Shown here: piece after piece, positions 1-9,534 of the stretch
Position numbering within the stretch: position 1 is the stretch's first letter
How the letters are laid out: every line of letters begins with the position of its first letter
From: Conexivisphaerales archaeon
GTDB lineage: Archaea; Thermoproteota; Nitrososphaeria; Conexivisphaerales; DTJL01
NCBI GenBank assembly: GCA_049509455.1
Contig: JBEKZX010000001.1
Span: forward strand, 64,001-128,000
Direction: 5' to 3'
DNA: 64,000 nucleotides
Made by a program: the position numbers and the translations under genes
The notes under the pieces: model-generated
The model's input: only the letters and a program-made list of their open reading frames with translations
Databases searched by the model: none
What the model was told of the DNA's origin: nothing

Positions 1-1240
1 TGACCTCCACGGTCCCCCGTTCCTCGGGTGCCCTTATCACAAAATCTTCGGGGACGGGGAGGCGCTTGAGATGAATCGACTCCACCATCTGCTTGGGAGC
101 CTTCGGCTGCTTGATGTCGACTTCCAGGCGACCGTCCCTGGCTACGACTCTGCCGTCGGCCATCACCATGGAGGGCCTGAAGTCCTCCAGAGACGGGAGC
201 AACAACAGGTCGGCGCTCCTCATGGGCGAAATGGATCCCAGATAGCGTCCCATTTCATAGTGTTCGGCCGGGTTTATCGTGGCCATCTGGATGGCCACGA
301 CGGGGGAGACGCCCTCTTCGACGGCCCTCCTCACCACATGGTCCATGTGGCCTTCCCTCACTAGGGAGCCTGGCTCCCTATCATCGGTCACGAGGCAGAC
401 GTGGCGACTGTCCACCCCTCCCTCGGTTACTGCCCTGATGGTCTCCTTCAGGTCAAGCCACGCCGAGCCCTCCCTCACCTGGAGGTACATACCCCTCCTC
501 AGCTTCTCGACAGCCTCCTCCTTGCTCGTCGCTTCATGGCACGACGTGATCCCTGCGGCCACGTATGCCGACAGAGATCGGTCACGGAGGCCAGGGGAAT
601 GGCCTTCCACCAGCATCCCAGCTTCGAGGGTTGCCCGAATCTTTCCCATTACGTTCTTGTCCAGGCTCAGGACCCCGGGATAGTTCATCATCTCGCCCAG
701 GGCCACCACGTTCGGCCACTTCAGCGCCTTCGAAATATCAAGGGGGCCTATGGCCGCGCCCGCCGTTTCGAACCCCGGGAAGGCTGGCACGCACGAAGGC
801 AGGGTGAAGTAGACCTTCAAGGGGAGGGAAAGAGACTCCCTGAGCATGTACCTGACCCCCAACATCCCCATGACGTTCCCGATTTCATGAGGGTCCACGA
901 AGACCGTGGTCGTCCCCCTGGGGAGGACGGCCCTCGCAAACTGGGTAGGCGTGACCATGGAGCTCTCTATGTGCATGTGAGCGTCGATGAGCCCGGGGGC
1001 AAGGTACATCCCTCTCGCGTCGATGACCTCCGTACGGGGTCCCACGGTATGCTTAGCTTCCCCCACCAGCGCTATCCTGTCCCTTTTGACGGCGACGTCC
1101 ACGTCCTCCTCTATCTCGCCTGTGTTGACGTTCACAAGACGAGCATGGCGAATGACCGCGTCGGCATAGGTGCGACCCATAGCGGTGTCGACGAGAAGAC
1201 CTCCGATGGCGCTAGGTCGGCTGCGCCACTTCACAGACAT
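1..1240 (-). CDS. ade: Adenine deaminase (AdeC family amidohydrolase), 3' end truncated by the window edge
   Basis: Not in the ORF track because no stop lies in the window. Manual minus-strand translation from ATG at 1240 gives MSVKWRSRPSAIGGLLVDTAMG...PGLIDAHMHIESSMVTP...DPHEIGNVMG...GEMMNYPGV, the diagnostic AdeC motifs. Confidence 0.9.
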   Translation of the reverse strand, partial: MSVKWRSRPSAIGGLLVDTAMGRTYADAVIRHARLVNVNTGEIEEDVDVAVKRDRIALVGEAKHTVGPRTEVIDARGMYLAPGLIDAHMHIESSMVTPTQFARAVLPRGTTTVFVDPHEIGNVMGMLGVRYMLRESLSLPLKVYFTLPSCVPAFPGFETAGAAIGPLDISKALKWPNVVALGEMMNYPGVLSLDKNVMGKIRATLEAGMLVEGHSPGLRDRSLSAYVAAGITSCHEATSKEEAVEKLRRGMYLQVREGSAWLDLKETIRAVTEGGVDSRHVCLVTDDREPGSLVREGHMDHVVRRAVEEGVSPVVAIQMATINPAEHYEMGRYLGSISPMRSADLLLLPSLEDFRPSMVMADGRVVARDGRLEVDIKQPKAPKQMVESIHLKRLPVPEDFVIRAPEERGTVEV

Positions 1241-1342
1241 TTAAATTCAATCGTCGTCCGTTTCTATTAAGTGTTTACGGTCGAGTCTGTAAGGTCTTGA
1301 CATACGATGCCCCCCTGACAGACAGTTTGGGCGAAATGTCCA

Positions 1343-2725
1343 TTGGACAACCTTAAATCTCAGATGAAGCCAATTTATTTTGAGTGTCTACCGTTGGGAG
1401 AAAAACAAGATGTCAACAAGCCCTATGAGCTGGCGGTCAAATATGCGAAATACTACGGTGGAAAGGTCGAAGTCGTCCCCCGTGTTCCCGTCACCTCGCT
1501 GAAGGATTTTGGGGTGTGGTACACGCCTGGCGTGGCTCAGGTCTCGAAGGAGATATTCAAAGACAAAGGCCTCTCCTTTGAGTATACCAACCGTTGGAAT
1601 ACGATCGCCATCCTCACCAACGGGACCAGGGTCCTCGGCCTGGGCGACATCGGCCCGGAGGCTTCGGCGCCTGTGATGGAGGGGAAGGCTCTAATATTCA
1701 AGTACCTAGGAGGGGTCGACGCCTTCGCCCTTCCCATCAGAGTCCCAGACAAGGAACGTTTCGTCGATGTGGCGAAGGTCCTCGAGCCGGCCCTGGGCGG
1801 CATCAACCTCGAAGACATCAGACAGCCCGACTGTTTCTACATACTGGAGAGATGCAGGAGGGAGATGAACATCCCTGTCTGGCATGATGACCAGCAGGGG
1901 ACCGCGGCTGCCACCGTCGCTGGGTTAATCAATGCCGTGAAGGTGGTCGGCAGGAAGATGGCCGACGTCTCGGTGGTCTTCCTCGGTGCGGGTGCTGCCA
2001 ACATCAGCAACGCGCGCCTGGCCATGACCGCCGGCGTCGACCCGAAGAAGATAATCCTCGTGGACAGCAAGGGCATCCTGCAGCCCGAACGCGAGGACAT
2101 TGACAAGATTGCCCTGCAGAACCCCTGGAAGTACGAAATCACGCTCAAGACGAACGGCGATAAGAAGAAGGGCGGCATCTCCGACGCGCTGAAGGGAGCG
2201 AACGTCCTGATTGCCGCCGCCACCCCAGGCCCCGACGTCGTGAAGACCGAGTGGATCAAGAGCATGGAGAAGGATTCGATTGTGTTCGCTATGGCGAACC
2301 CCGTGCCCGAGATATGGCCCTGGGAGGCGAAGAATGCTGGCGCCAAGATCGTCGCCACCGGCCGCAGCGACTTCCCCAACCAGGTGAACAATTCACTGGT
2401 CTTCCCCTCACTGTTCAGGGGCGTCCTGGACATCAGGGCTAAGACCATCACCGACGAGATGGCCGTCGCCGCCTCAATCGAGCTGGCGGAGTTCGCCGAG
2501 GAGGGAGGGCTCAGCGAAGAGCGCATCGTCCCCAAGATGACCGAGTGGGAGGTCTATCCGCGCGTGGCCACGGCGGTCGCCATGAAGGCCATGGAGCAGG
2601 GCATCACCAGGAAGAAGATGACTAGGAATGAGCTCATGGAGACGGCCACCGTCATGATATCCCATGCTAGGAACCAAATCGACGTGCTGATGAGGAACGG
2701 CGTAATACCACCTTTCCCGGAATGA
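1343..2725 (+). CDS. NAD(P)-dependent malic enzyme (true start possibly TTG near 1394)
   Basis: Motifs YTPGVA, TNGTRVLGLGDIG, VMEGKALIFK, GINLEDI, HDDQQGTA, GAGAA, FAMANPVPE, TGRSDFPNQVNNSLVFP. Confidence 0.93.
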   Translation: MDNLKSQMKPIYFECLPLGEKQDVNKPYELAVKYAKYYGGKVEVVPRVPVTSLKDFGVWYTPGVAQVSKEIFKDKGLSFEYTNRWNTIAILTNGTRVLGLGDIGPEASAPVMEGKALIFKYLGGVDAFALPIRVPDKERFVDVAKVLEPALGGINLEDIRQPDCFYILERCRREMNIPVWHDDQQGTAAATVAGLINAVKVVGRKMADVSVVFLGAGAANISNARLAMTAGVDPKKIILVDSKGILQPEREDIDKIALQNPWKYEITLKTNGDKKKGGISDALKGANVLIAAATPGPDVVKTEWIKSMEKDSIVFAMANPVPEIWPWEAKNAGAKIVATGRSDFPNQVNNSLVFPSLFRGVLDIRAKTITDEMAVAASIELAEFAEEGGLSEERIVPKMTEWEVYPRVATAVAMKAMEQGITRKKMTRNELMETATVMISHARNQIDVLMRNGVIPPFPE

Positions 2726-2825
2726 GCGACGACGCAGGGAAGTTGCGAAGAGGCTCCTCATTCTACGCAAGGGAGGCTTCAGATCCCTCAGCGGTGCCCA
2801 CGCCACGGCTATGAGATGGGCGTCT

Positions 2826-4118
2826 CTAGAGGCGCTGGACCTTCAGCTTAAGGAAGTGCGTAGCGCATGATATGCACGGGTCGTAGTTCCGCACCGCCAT
2901 TTCGCTTATCCTCCTGGCCTCAGCGGGAGGTGCTTCGATGATTCTCGGGGCCAGCTGCCTCACATCCTCCTCGATCCGCACCTGGTTTTGGGCCGTTGGT
3001 GGGACGATTTTCGCCTTCTCAATGTACCCCTTCCGGCTCACCTCGTAGCTGTGGTAGAGGACCCCCCTCGGCGCCTCGCTCACCCCGAAGCCCGTTCCCT
3101 CGCGATACTCATAGCTCGAATAGGGATGAGCCGGTTTGGAATACAGCCTCACCTCCTCCTTGACCTGTTCTAGGGCGTGCACCAGTTCGAGCGCCCGGCC
3201 CACGATGCTCTTGAATGGGTCGGTCACCGGTGACTTGAAGCCGACATCGTCCGCCAGCTCCCTGGCCTTCGGGCTGAGCTGGTCGAAGTTCAGGTTGACC
3301 CTCGCCAACGGCCCCACCATGTATGACTCTCCCTCCCTGGTCAGGGAGCGGAGCGCATTAGAGTACTCCACCTGGTGTTCGACGAAATTATCCTCGTAAG
3401 CCGACGGAGCAATGTGGAGCCCTCTATTCGAGACGATGTCTCCGCCGGTGATCGCGTAGCGCGTGGACTCCCTTAAGCTCACGAAGGTCACGTCCCTTTC
3501 CAGCGCGGGAGCTTCGAATGAACTAGTGAGGCGGACGGCCTCTTCAGCGAAGCCCTGTAATGTCTCCAGTTTCAAAAGCGACCCAGCCAAAGACTCTCTC
3601 TCAGGTGCCTTGTATATCCCTCCCAGTTTCAACGATACCGGGTGCACCTCCCTTCCGCCTATCACCGCCATCAGGCTGTTCCCGAGGTGTTTCAGAGAGA
3701 GGGCCTTGTTGACGAGGTCCGGCTTCTGCTTCGCTAGGGTCATAGCGTCTGGAACCCTGAGGAAGTCCGGGGCGGCCAGCATGAACACGTGGAGGGCGTG
3801 GCTTTCTATCCATTCGCCTAGGTAGATGAGCCGCCGCAGCCGCTGCACCTGCTCATCTATCTCCACGCCGAAGAGCCCTTCTAGGGCGTTCAGAGCACTG
3901 ATCTGGTAGGCCACGGGGCAGATGCCACAGATCCTGGATACTATATCCACCACCTCTTCGACCTTCCTCCCTTGCAGGAAGGCTTCATAGTAGCGCGGTG
4001 GCTCGAACATGTTCAGGCGGACGTCTAGGACCTTCCCGCCCTCGCTCTCAATCGTGAGAGAACCCTCGCCTTCGACCCTGGCGAGAGGACCCGTGTCCAC
4101 GACAAGCCTCTTAGTCAA
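2826..4118 (-). CDS. hydA: Group 3b [NiFe]-hydrogenase large (alpha) subunit
   Basis: N-terminal ARVEGEG, L1 motif RICGIC, L2 motif YDPCISCATH followed by a short C-terminal extension; last gene of a beta-gamma-delta-alpha operon. Confidence 0.93.
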   Translation of the reverse strand: MTKRLVVDTGPLARVEGEGSLTIESEGGKVLDVRLNMFEPPRYYEAFLQGRKVEEVVDIVSRICGICPVAYQISALNALEGLFGVEIDEQVQRLRRLIYLGEWIESHALHVFMLAAPDFLRVPDAMTLAKQKPDLVNKALSLKHLGNSLMAVIGGREVHPVSLKLGGIYKAPERESLAGSLLKLETLQGFAEEAVRLTSSFEAPALERDVTFVSLRESTRYAITGGDIVSNRGLHIAPSAYEDNFVEHQVEYSNALRSLTREGESYMVGPLARVNLNFDQLSPKARELADDVGFKSPVTDPFKSIVGRALELVHALEQVKEEVRLYSKPAHPYSSYEYREGTGFGVSEAPRGVLYHSYEVSRKGYIEKAKIVPPTAQNQVRIEEDVRQLAPRIIEAPPAEARRISEMAVRNYDPCISCATHFLKLKVQRL

Positions 4119-4878
4119 CTGTCTCCAACCACCTTCTGAACTCCTTCGAGTACGAGTTTATCCCCTTTACAAGCAGCTTGACGGCGGAAAGGTCGATGCC
4201 GCTCTTCTCGAGCCAGGAGGCATAGGATTTCAGGTTGACGTCGTCTGACGGCCCGAAGCAGCCGTAGCAGCCCCTGCCGAACGAGGGGCAGATGGCACCG
4301 CAGCCGTCCACCGTGGCAGGTCCCATACAGGGCGTCCCGTTGGCCACCACTACGCAGACGGTCCCCTTCCTTTTGCACTCGAAGCAGACGGCATTGGCGG
4401 GTAGCCTCGGCCTGGCGCCTCGGAGCACCGCCGAGAAGAACTGCAGCAACTGCACCTTGCTGATCGGGCAACCGCGAAGCTCGAAGTCCACCGCAACGAA
4501 ATCACTGACCGGCAGCGCCTTCTCCAAGGAACGCACTATCTTCGGCTCCGGATAGACCGCCTCCTTAAAGATGTCCAGCCTGCTCCAGTTCCTCAGAGCC
4601 TGCAGCCCGCCTGCCGTGGCGCAGGCGCCTATGGTGACCAGCATCCTGGAGTCCTCCCTAACACGCAGGATCTTCTCCACCTCGTCCGGCGTGGAGATGG
4701 AGCCCTCGACGAGGGCCACGTCGTAGGGTGCGCCGGCCGAGGCGCTGGTGGCCTCCAGGAAGTCGCAAATCTCCACGCTGTCAGCAATTGCCAGAAGCTC
4801 ATCTTCGGCGTCCAATATGGAGAGCTGGCATCCGTCGCACGACGAGAACTTGAAAACTCCCAGCCTGGGCTTCGCCAT
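4111..4878 (-). CDS. hydD: Group 3b [NiFe]-hydrogenase small (delta) subunit
   Basis: KFSSCDGCQL, VEGSIS, IGACATAGG, GCPI, VCFECK, PCMGPAT..GCGAICP..GRGCYGCFGP Fe-S motifs; overlaps the alpha gene start. Confidence 0.9.
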   Translation of the reverse strand: MAKPRLGVFKFSSCDGCQLSILDAEDELLAIADSVEICDFLEATSASAGAPYDVALVEGSISTPDEVEKILRVREDSRMLVTIGACATAGGLQALRNWSRLDIFKEAVYPEPKIVRSLEKALPVSDFVAVDFELRGCPISKVQLLQFFSAVLRGARPRLPANAVCFECKRKGTVCVVVANGTPCMGPATVDGCGAICPSFGRGCYGCFGPSDDVNLKSYASWLEKSGIDLSAVKLLVKGINSYSKEFRRWLETVD

Positions 4879-4881
4879 GGC

Positions 4882-5787
4882 CTACACCCCCTCCTTCGCG
4901 AAGAACCTCTTCACCATGGGGTAGGCGAAGATGGGCCCGTCCTTGCAAATGAACACCGGCCCCATCTGGCAATGGCCGCAGGTTCCGACGCCGCAGCTCA
5001 TGTGCCTCTCAAGGGAGACGAAGATATTGTCCTGAGGGACCCTGCGCCGGAGGAGTTCCTGCACTGTAAACTTCATCATTATTTCGGGCCCGCAGACAAA
5101 GGCCATGGCTTCTTCGGCCAAGACGTCCACCTCCTTGAACAAGGTCGTCACTACGCCGACGTTCTTCGACCAACCCTCTTCGGCCCTGTCCACGGTGGTA
5201 AGGAATTGGCCTCCTTCCCTTTTGCTCCAGCTTGCGTGCTCGTACTTGTAAAGCAGGTCCTTCGGGGTCCTAGCACCGTAAAGTATCTTCACACCTTTGA
5301 AGCTGTGGGCGGAAGCAAGGGCATCCAGGATGACCGGGCGCAAAGGCGCCAGCCCCAGCCCTCCGGCGATAATCAATAGCTCCTTTCCATGGCTGCGCTC
5401 TACTGGCCACGAAGAGCCGAATGGGCCTCGCAGCCCTAAGACGTCCCCCATCTTCAGCCTAGAGATGAGCATGGTCACAGCGCCCACGGAGCGAATCGTA
5501 TGTTTAACCGTCTTCTCGCTGCGGGACGACGCGATGGAGATGGGCACCTCGCCTACTCCATAGACGTAAAGCATGTTGAACTGGCCCGGCTGGAAGTCGG
5601 CCGGCCCCCTTCCATCTGATAGCTCAAACGAAAAGGACAACGTGTCGGGGGTTTCAGGCACTATCTCCTTGACGACGGCCTGCGTGTATGTGAGCGCCAG
5701 GGTTTCAGGCAACCTTGACCACCTCCGGGAGCGGCCTCTTCTCTCCCTGCGTCCTGAGAACCCTGTTAACCGTGTCGGAGATGTCAA
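4882..5787 (-). CDS. hydG: Group 3b hydrogenase gamma subunit (FAD/NAD(P)-binding, 2Fe-2S); true start probably near 5706
   Basis: FQPGQFNMLY..GVGEVPISI, RGPFG, IAGGLGLAPLR, CGPEIMM, SLERHMSCGVGTCGHCQ...CKDGP. Confidence 0.9.
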   Translation of the reverse strand: MTSPTRLTGFSGRRERRGRSRRWSRLPETLALTYTQAVVKEIVPETPDTLSFSFELSDGRGPADFQPGQFNMLYVYGVGEVPISIASSRSEKTVKHTIRSVGAVTMLISRLKMGDVLGLRGPFGSSWPVERSHGKELLIIAGGLGLAPLRPVILDALASAHSFKGVKILYGARTPKDLLYKYEHASWSKREGGQFLTTVDRAEEGWSKNVGVVTTLFKEVDVLAEEAMAFVCGPEIMMKFTVQELLRRRVPQDNIFVSLERHMSCGVGTCGHCQMGPVFICKDGPIFAYPMVKRFFAKEGV

Positions 5788-6829
5788 TCCCCACCGGGCA
5801 CCAAGTGATGCACCTGCCGCATCCGACGCAGCCGTAGAGCTTGAACTGGTCCGGCCAGTAGGCGAACTTGTGCATCACGAACTGGCGGTAGCGGGCCTTC
5901 CTCTCCAGGCGTGGGTTCCCGCCAGCGCTGTAGGTGAAGTTCTTGGAGAGGCAGGAGTCCCAGACCCTCACCCTGGTAACGCTTCCGTCTTTCAGGTCCG
6001 TGGCGTCCTGGAGGATGTTGCAGAAACACGTGGGACATACCATGGTGCAGTTGCCGCAGCTCAGGCATCTCTGCGCCATCTCTTCCCATATCGGGCTCTC
6101 CAGCCCCGTGTACATGAAGTCGGAGGGGTTCTCCCTGTCGATCCTCTTGTGCATATCCTTGCTCACCTTGCGGATCAGGTCCCGCTCCTGGTGTAGCTCC
6201 TCCGGCGTGGCAGGCCACATCTCAATTCCCTCCATCAGGCTCATCCTTCCTTCAGTTACGTCCACGAGGATCTTGTCAGGTAGCTCGGTGATGGCGAGGT
6301 CGTAGCCGCCCTTCGCCTTCGGGCCCGTCCCCATGGAGGCGCAGAAGCAATTCTCTCCTGCCCTGCCGCAGTTGACCACGATCGTTAACGACACCTTCCT
6401 GAGAGGCGTGTACACCGGGTCCTTGTACTGCTCCATCATGAGCGCCCTGTCGAGCACTTCGACAGCTTTCAGATCGCAGGGTCGGAGGCCTAGGAAGGCG
6501 TACTTCTCTTCAGCCCGATAGACCGACTCCACCTTCAGCCCGACCCGGTCCTCCTTGAGCGTCACCATCGGCACGGAGCTCGGGTGAAGGAACTTCTTGG
6601 CTGACTGGGGGCCGTTCACCGCGGAGAATACGAACGGAGACGGTCCTTCCACCCTATACTTGCCTGGGGCCTGGACGTCCACCACGCCCGATGCCAGGTC
6701 CCCGAACGCTTCTATCTCCTTGAGGCAGACCGCGCCGTCTTCGAGCTTGGGGCCTATCACGGTATAGCCTAGGGAACGCAGGTTGGAGATCAGCCTCGAA
6801 AGGGCTTCTCGCTTTGCGACGTATTGCAA
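5705..6829 (-). CDS. hydB: Group 3b hydrogenase beta subunit (4Fe-4S dicluster)
   Basis: GLRPCD, NCFCASMGTGP, CLSCGNCTMVCPTCFC, WDSC, CVGCGRCITWCPVGIDI. Confidence 0.9.
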   Translation of the reverse strand: MQYVAKREALSRLISNLRSLGYTVIGPKLEDGAVCLKEIEAFGDLASGVVDVQAPGKYRVEGPSPFVFSAVNGPQSAKKFLHPSSVPMVTLKEDRVGLKVESVYRAEEKYAFLGLRPCDLKAVEVLDRALMMEQYKDPVYTPLRKVSLTIVVNCGRAGENCFCASMGTGPKAKGGYDLAITELPDKILVDVTEGRMSLMEGIEMWPATPEELHQERDLIRKVSKDMHKRIDRENPSDFMYTGLESPIWEEMAQRCLSCGNCTMVCPTCFCNILQDATDLKDGSVTRVRVWDSCLSKNFTYSAGGNPRLERKARYRQFVMHKFAYWPDQFKLYGCVGCGRCITWCPVGIDISDTVNRVLRTQGEKRPLPEVVKVA

Positions 6830-7013
6830 GGCTCGCTCAGGGCTTTCACCGTCTCCCCAGCCTAAGAAGATTTGTCATGGAGGACCAATGGGACGGAGCC
6901 CGTCTTGGCACGCATAAACCCACGAAGAGAATTATAGTATATATTTTGTGGGAATATTGTCAGGTTTTTGGGTATTTTACAATGGTTCATGGAGCGATGA
7001 AAGGCGGAAGGAT

Positions 7014-7880
7014 CTACCCAGGGGGAATGCCGAGCTTCTCACGTATCGCCTGGCTCTTCTCGGTCGCCTCCATCACGGCTCGCATGAGCGCCTGCCTAAT
7101 CTGGCTGCCCTCTAGCTCGTAAATGGCTTCGATAGTGGTGCCGCCCGGCGTCGTGACCATGTCTTTGACCTTCGCGGGGTTCTCCTTCAGCTCGAGCACC
7201 AGCTTCCCCGTTCCAAGAACCGTCTGGGCGGAGCTCATTAGGGCCAGGTCCCTGGGCAGGCCCACCCTCAGCCCCGCGTACATCAGCCCCTCTATGATGA
7301 TCGAAAGGTAGCCGGGGCCGCTCCCGCTCAGGGCGGTGATGGCGTCCATATGCCTTTCCTCCACCTCGGCGCAGATGCCGAACTCCTGAAACAAGCCGTG
7401 GACAAGCTTCCTGTCCTGCGCCGTCACACCTTCTCCGCAGCAGTATCCTGTGAACGACTCGCCGACCAGCACGGCAACGTTGGGCATGGCCCTCACGAAC
7501 CTGGCTCCCGGGACGAGCTTCGCGTAGAAATCTAGGGGGACGGTCGCCGCGGTCGAGATCACCAGCTTCCCCGCCAACTCCCGGGACATCTCCTTGAGCA
7601 CCTTCGAGGCGTCGGCAGGCTTGACGCAGAGGAAGACGATGTCCGCTTCCCTTGCGGCCCTCCTATTGTCCGAAGTGACTTCAGCGCCCAAGGCTTCAAG
7701 TTCACTGGCGTTCTTGACAATCCTTCTGGTGGCGAGGACCCTCCTTCCCTTGGCGCTTAGAAGGCTCTTCGCTATGGCCCCTCCGATGACCCCTGCGCCA
7801 ATGACGGCGACGGTCTCACGTTTTCTAGCCTTTCCGAGTCTTGAGCTCAACTGAACGTTCCCCTGCGTCTCGCCTTTCAT
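7014..7880 (-). CDS. proC: Pyrroline-5-carboxylate reductase
   Basis: IGAGVIGGA Rossmann motif, LCVKP, RAMPN, TALSGSGPGY, VTTPGGTTI. Confidence 0.93.
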   Translation of the reverse strand: MKGETQGNVQLSSRLGKARKRETVAVIGAGVIGGAIAKSLLSAKGRRVLATRRIVKNASELEALGAEVTSDNRRAAREADIVFLCVKPADASKVLKEMSRELAGKLVISTAATVPLDFYAKLVPGARFVRAMPNVAVLVGESFTGYCCGEGVTAQDRKLVHGLFQEFGICAEVEERHMDAITALSGSGPGYLSIIIEGLMYAGLRVGLPRDLALMSSAQTVLGTGKLVLELKENPAKVKDMVTTPGGTTIEAIYELEGSQIRQALMRAVMEATEKSQAIREKLGIPPG

Positions 7881-8050
7881 ATAAGCTTGTCCGCTTCGAG
7901 CGCCACTCGGGCCACTTGATCATTCAAACTCTTAGGGGCGAGGACGCAAGGGTTCGGGCACAGACCGATATCCATTCTGATCTGACCGGGCCGGTCAGGG
8001 GAAAGAGGACAACGTTATTAGATGTCTGAAGAGAGAAGAGCGCTTCGCGA

Positions 8051-8311
8051 TTGAACAGGCCGTCTGCCGCCATTATGGTTGACGTCAGGGATCAGCCCTG
8101 CCCAAACCCCATGCTCATCGTCAAGAAGGCCATGCGGACTGCCCAGGCCGGTGAGCTCTTCGAGGTGATTGTGAACGACCGGCTCGCCAAGGAAAACGTT
8201 TTGAGCTTTTGCTGGAACCGAGGAGAGGAAGTCATGAATTCTTGGGAGGACGAAGTTGACTTCCACCTGCTGATCAGGAAGTCCTCTACCCGGAATCCTA
8301 ATCGGGGCTAG
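8051..8311 (+). CDS. TusA/SirA-family sulfurtransferase-like protein
   Basis: VDVRDQPCPNPML (CPxP motif), typical size and beta-alpha pattern, C-terminal FHLLIRK. Confidence 0.8.
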   Translation: MNRPSAAIMVDVRDQPCPNPMLIVKKAMRTAQAGELFEVIVNDRLAKENVLSFCWNRGEEVMNSWEDEVDFHLLIRKSSTRNPNRG

Positions 8312-8394
8312 CCGTTCCGACGATTAAGCATCGCCAATCAGAAACAACAAGAAAGAACGCATGTGTGGACAGGTATGTCTCTCGCTTCGCAGGC

Positions 8395-8745
8395 TTAGGC
8401 ACGCGCGGCCTTGGCGTGTTCCTTGTAAGCTTGGGCACAGGCCTTCGCATGGAAGGGAAGCTCTTTCTTACCGATCGTTTCGACGTAGGGCTCATATGCT
8501 ATGACGCCTCCGCAGAACGCGCACTTCCGCTCGCCGTAGGCGTCAGCGCAAGCCTTCGCATGGAACGGGAGCTTCTTCCCACCTATGGTCGTAAAGTATG
8601 GATTGTAAGCGATGATTCCCCCGCAAAACGCACACTTCGGTTCTTTCGCCAATTCGCTTCGCTCTGGTATATCGCGGCTGAGCTTAAATACCTTTAGCCA
8701 GCTGTAGCAAATCTTCAAGGACGCATTACAGCCTTGCAAACTCAA
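8395..8745 (-). CDS. Small protein with two tandem TRASH/YHS-like metal-binding repeats (start probably downstream of 8745)
   Basis: Two 37-aa repeats KCAFCGG(I/V)IAY.PY..TIG.K.LPFHAKACA.AY. Confidence 0.7.
   Translation of the reverse strand: MSLQGCNASLKICYSWLKVFKLSRDIPERSELAKEPKCAFCGGIIAYNPYFTTIGGKKLPFHAKACADAYGERKCAFCGGVIAYEPYVETIGKKELPFHAKACAQAYKEHAKAARA
8441..8638. repeat. 111-bp-period tandem duplication encoding the two TRASH-like repeats
   Basis: gccttcgcatggaa occurs at 8441 and 8552; the CAFCGG codons recur with the same period. Confidence 0.8.
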
Positions 8746-8796
8746 ATTCGTGTTGTGGGCTTTTCCGAGACAGTAGGCAATCCACTGGAGGACTCT

Positions 8797-9534
8797 TCAG
8801 CTCTTGCCGATCCTCTGCTTAAGCTCGTCAATGATCTGGAAGCCGGACCACGTGCCAAGGATAGAAGCCCCGTCGTCTATCAAGCGCAAAGCCGTGTCCA
8901 GGTCCCTGATTCCACCGGCAGCCTTGACTTGGACTTCTGAACTCACCGTGGTCCGCAGGAAGCGGATACCTTCATCCGTCGCTGGCCCTCCCGTCCCCCA
9001 CCCGCTGGAGTTGGTTACAGCTGCCATTCCAGCCTGTTCGGCCAGCAATGCAGCCCTTATCCGCTCGTCGATGTTCAGCTGAGGAAGCTCCAAAGCCGCG
9101 ATTACCGGCCTACCCTGCGCCGATCTCACTACCGCGGCCAGCTCTTCCCTGAATCTAGTGTACAGGCCGGATCTGAGGTAGCCCAGATTCGGCAGGTAGT
9201 CAAACATGTCTGCTCCAGCTGTAATCCCGCGTTCGACTTCAATGACCTTGGCCTCCATAGTAGAGCCGCCCAAGGAGTACCCAACGAAGACCGAAAGCTG
9301 TACGTCCTGTCCTTTGATTACATGCTTGACATCTTCCGCCCAGCAGCCCTGGATGGCAAGGGCACGGAATCCATATTCGGCTGACTTTGTCGCGAATGAG
9401 AGTATCTCCTGCCAGGACGCTCCGGGTGGGGAGAAGGAGCTATGGATTATCGAGCACAGCCTCTTCACTGAGGGCAATTCTCTGGTCGACAAGCCACTTG
9501 TCAAGTGGTTCGCCGCCTTCTCTTTAAAGAGCAT
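8797..9534 (-). CDS. DeoC (deoxyribose-phosphate aldolase)-like TIM-barrel protein lacking the Schiff-base lysine
   Basis: DeoC-like segments SVFVGYSLGGSTMEAKVIE, GADMFDYLPNLG, QVKAAGGIR and GASILGT are present, but VTNSSGWG replaces the canonical VKTSTGF. Confidence 0.8.
   Translation of the reverse strand: MLFKEKAANHLTSGLSTRELPSVKRLCSIIHSSFSPPGASWQEILSFATKSAEYGFRALAIQGCWAEDVKHVIKGQDVQLSVFVGYSLGGSTMEAKVIEVERGITAGADMFDYLPNLGYLRSGLYTRFREELAAVVRSAQGRPVIAALELPQLNIDERIRAALLAEQAGMAAVTNSSGWGTGGPATDEGIRFLRTTVSSEVQVKAAGGIRDLDTALRLIDDGASILGTWSGFQIIDELKQRIGKS

Noticed and set aside
71-1270. Plus-strand ORFs 71-364, 279-683 and 401-1270
   Set aside because: Antisense shadows of the minus-strand adenine deaminase, which carries the real family motifs.
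8365-8697. Plus-strand 110-aa ORF with an internal repeat
   Set aside because: Its repeat mirrors the minus-strand TRASH-like gene, whose Cys/His motifs are more interpretable.
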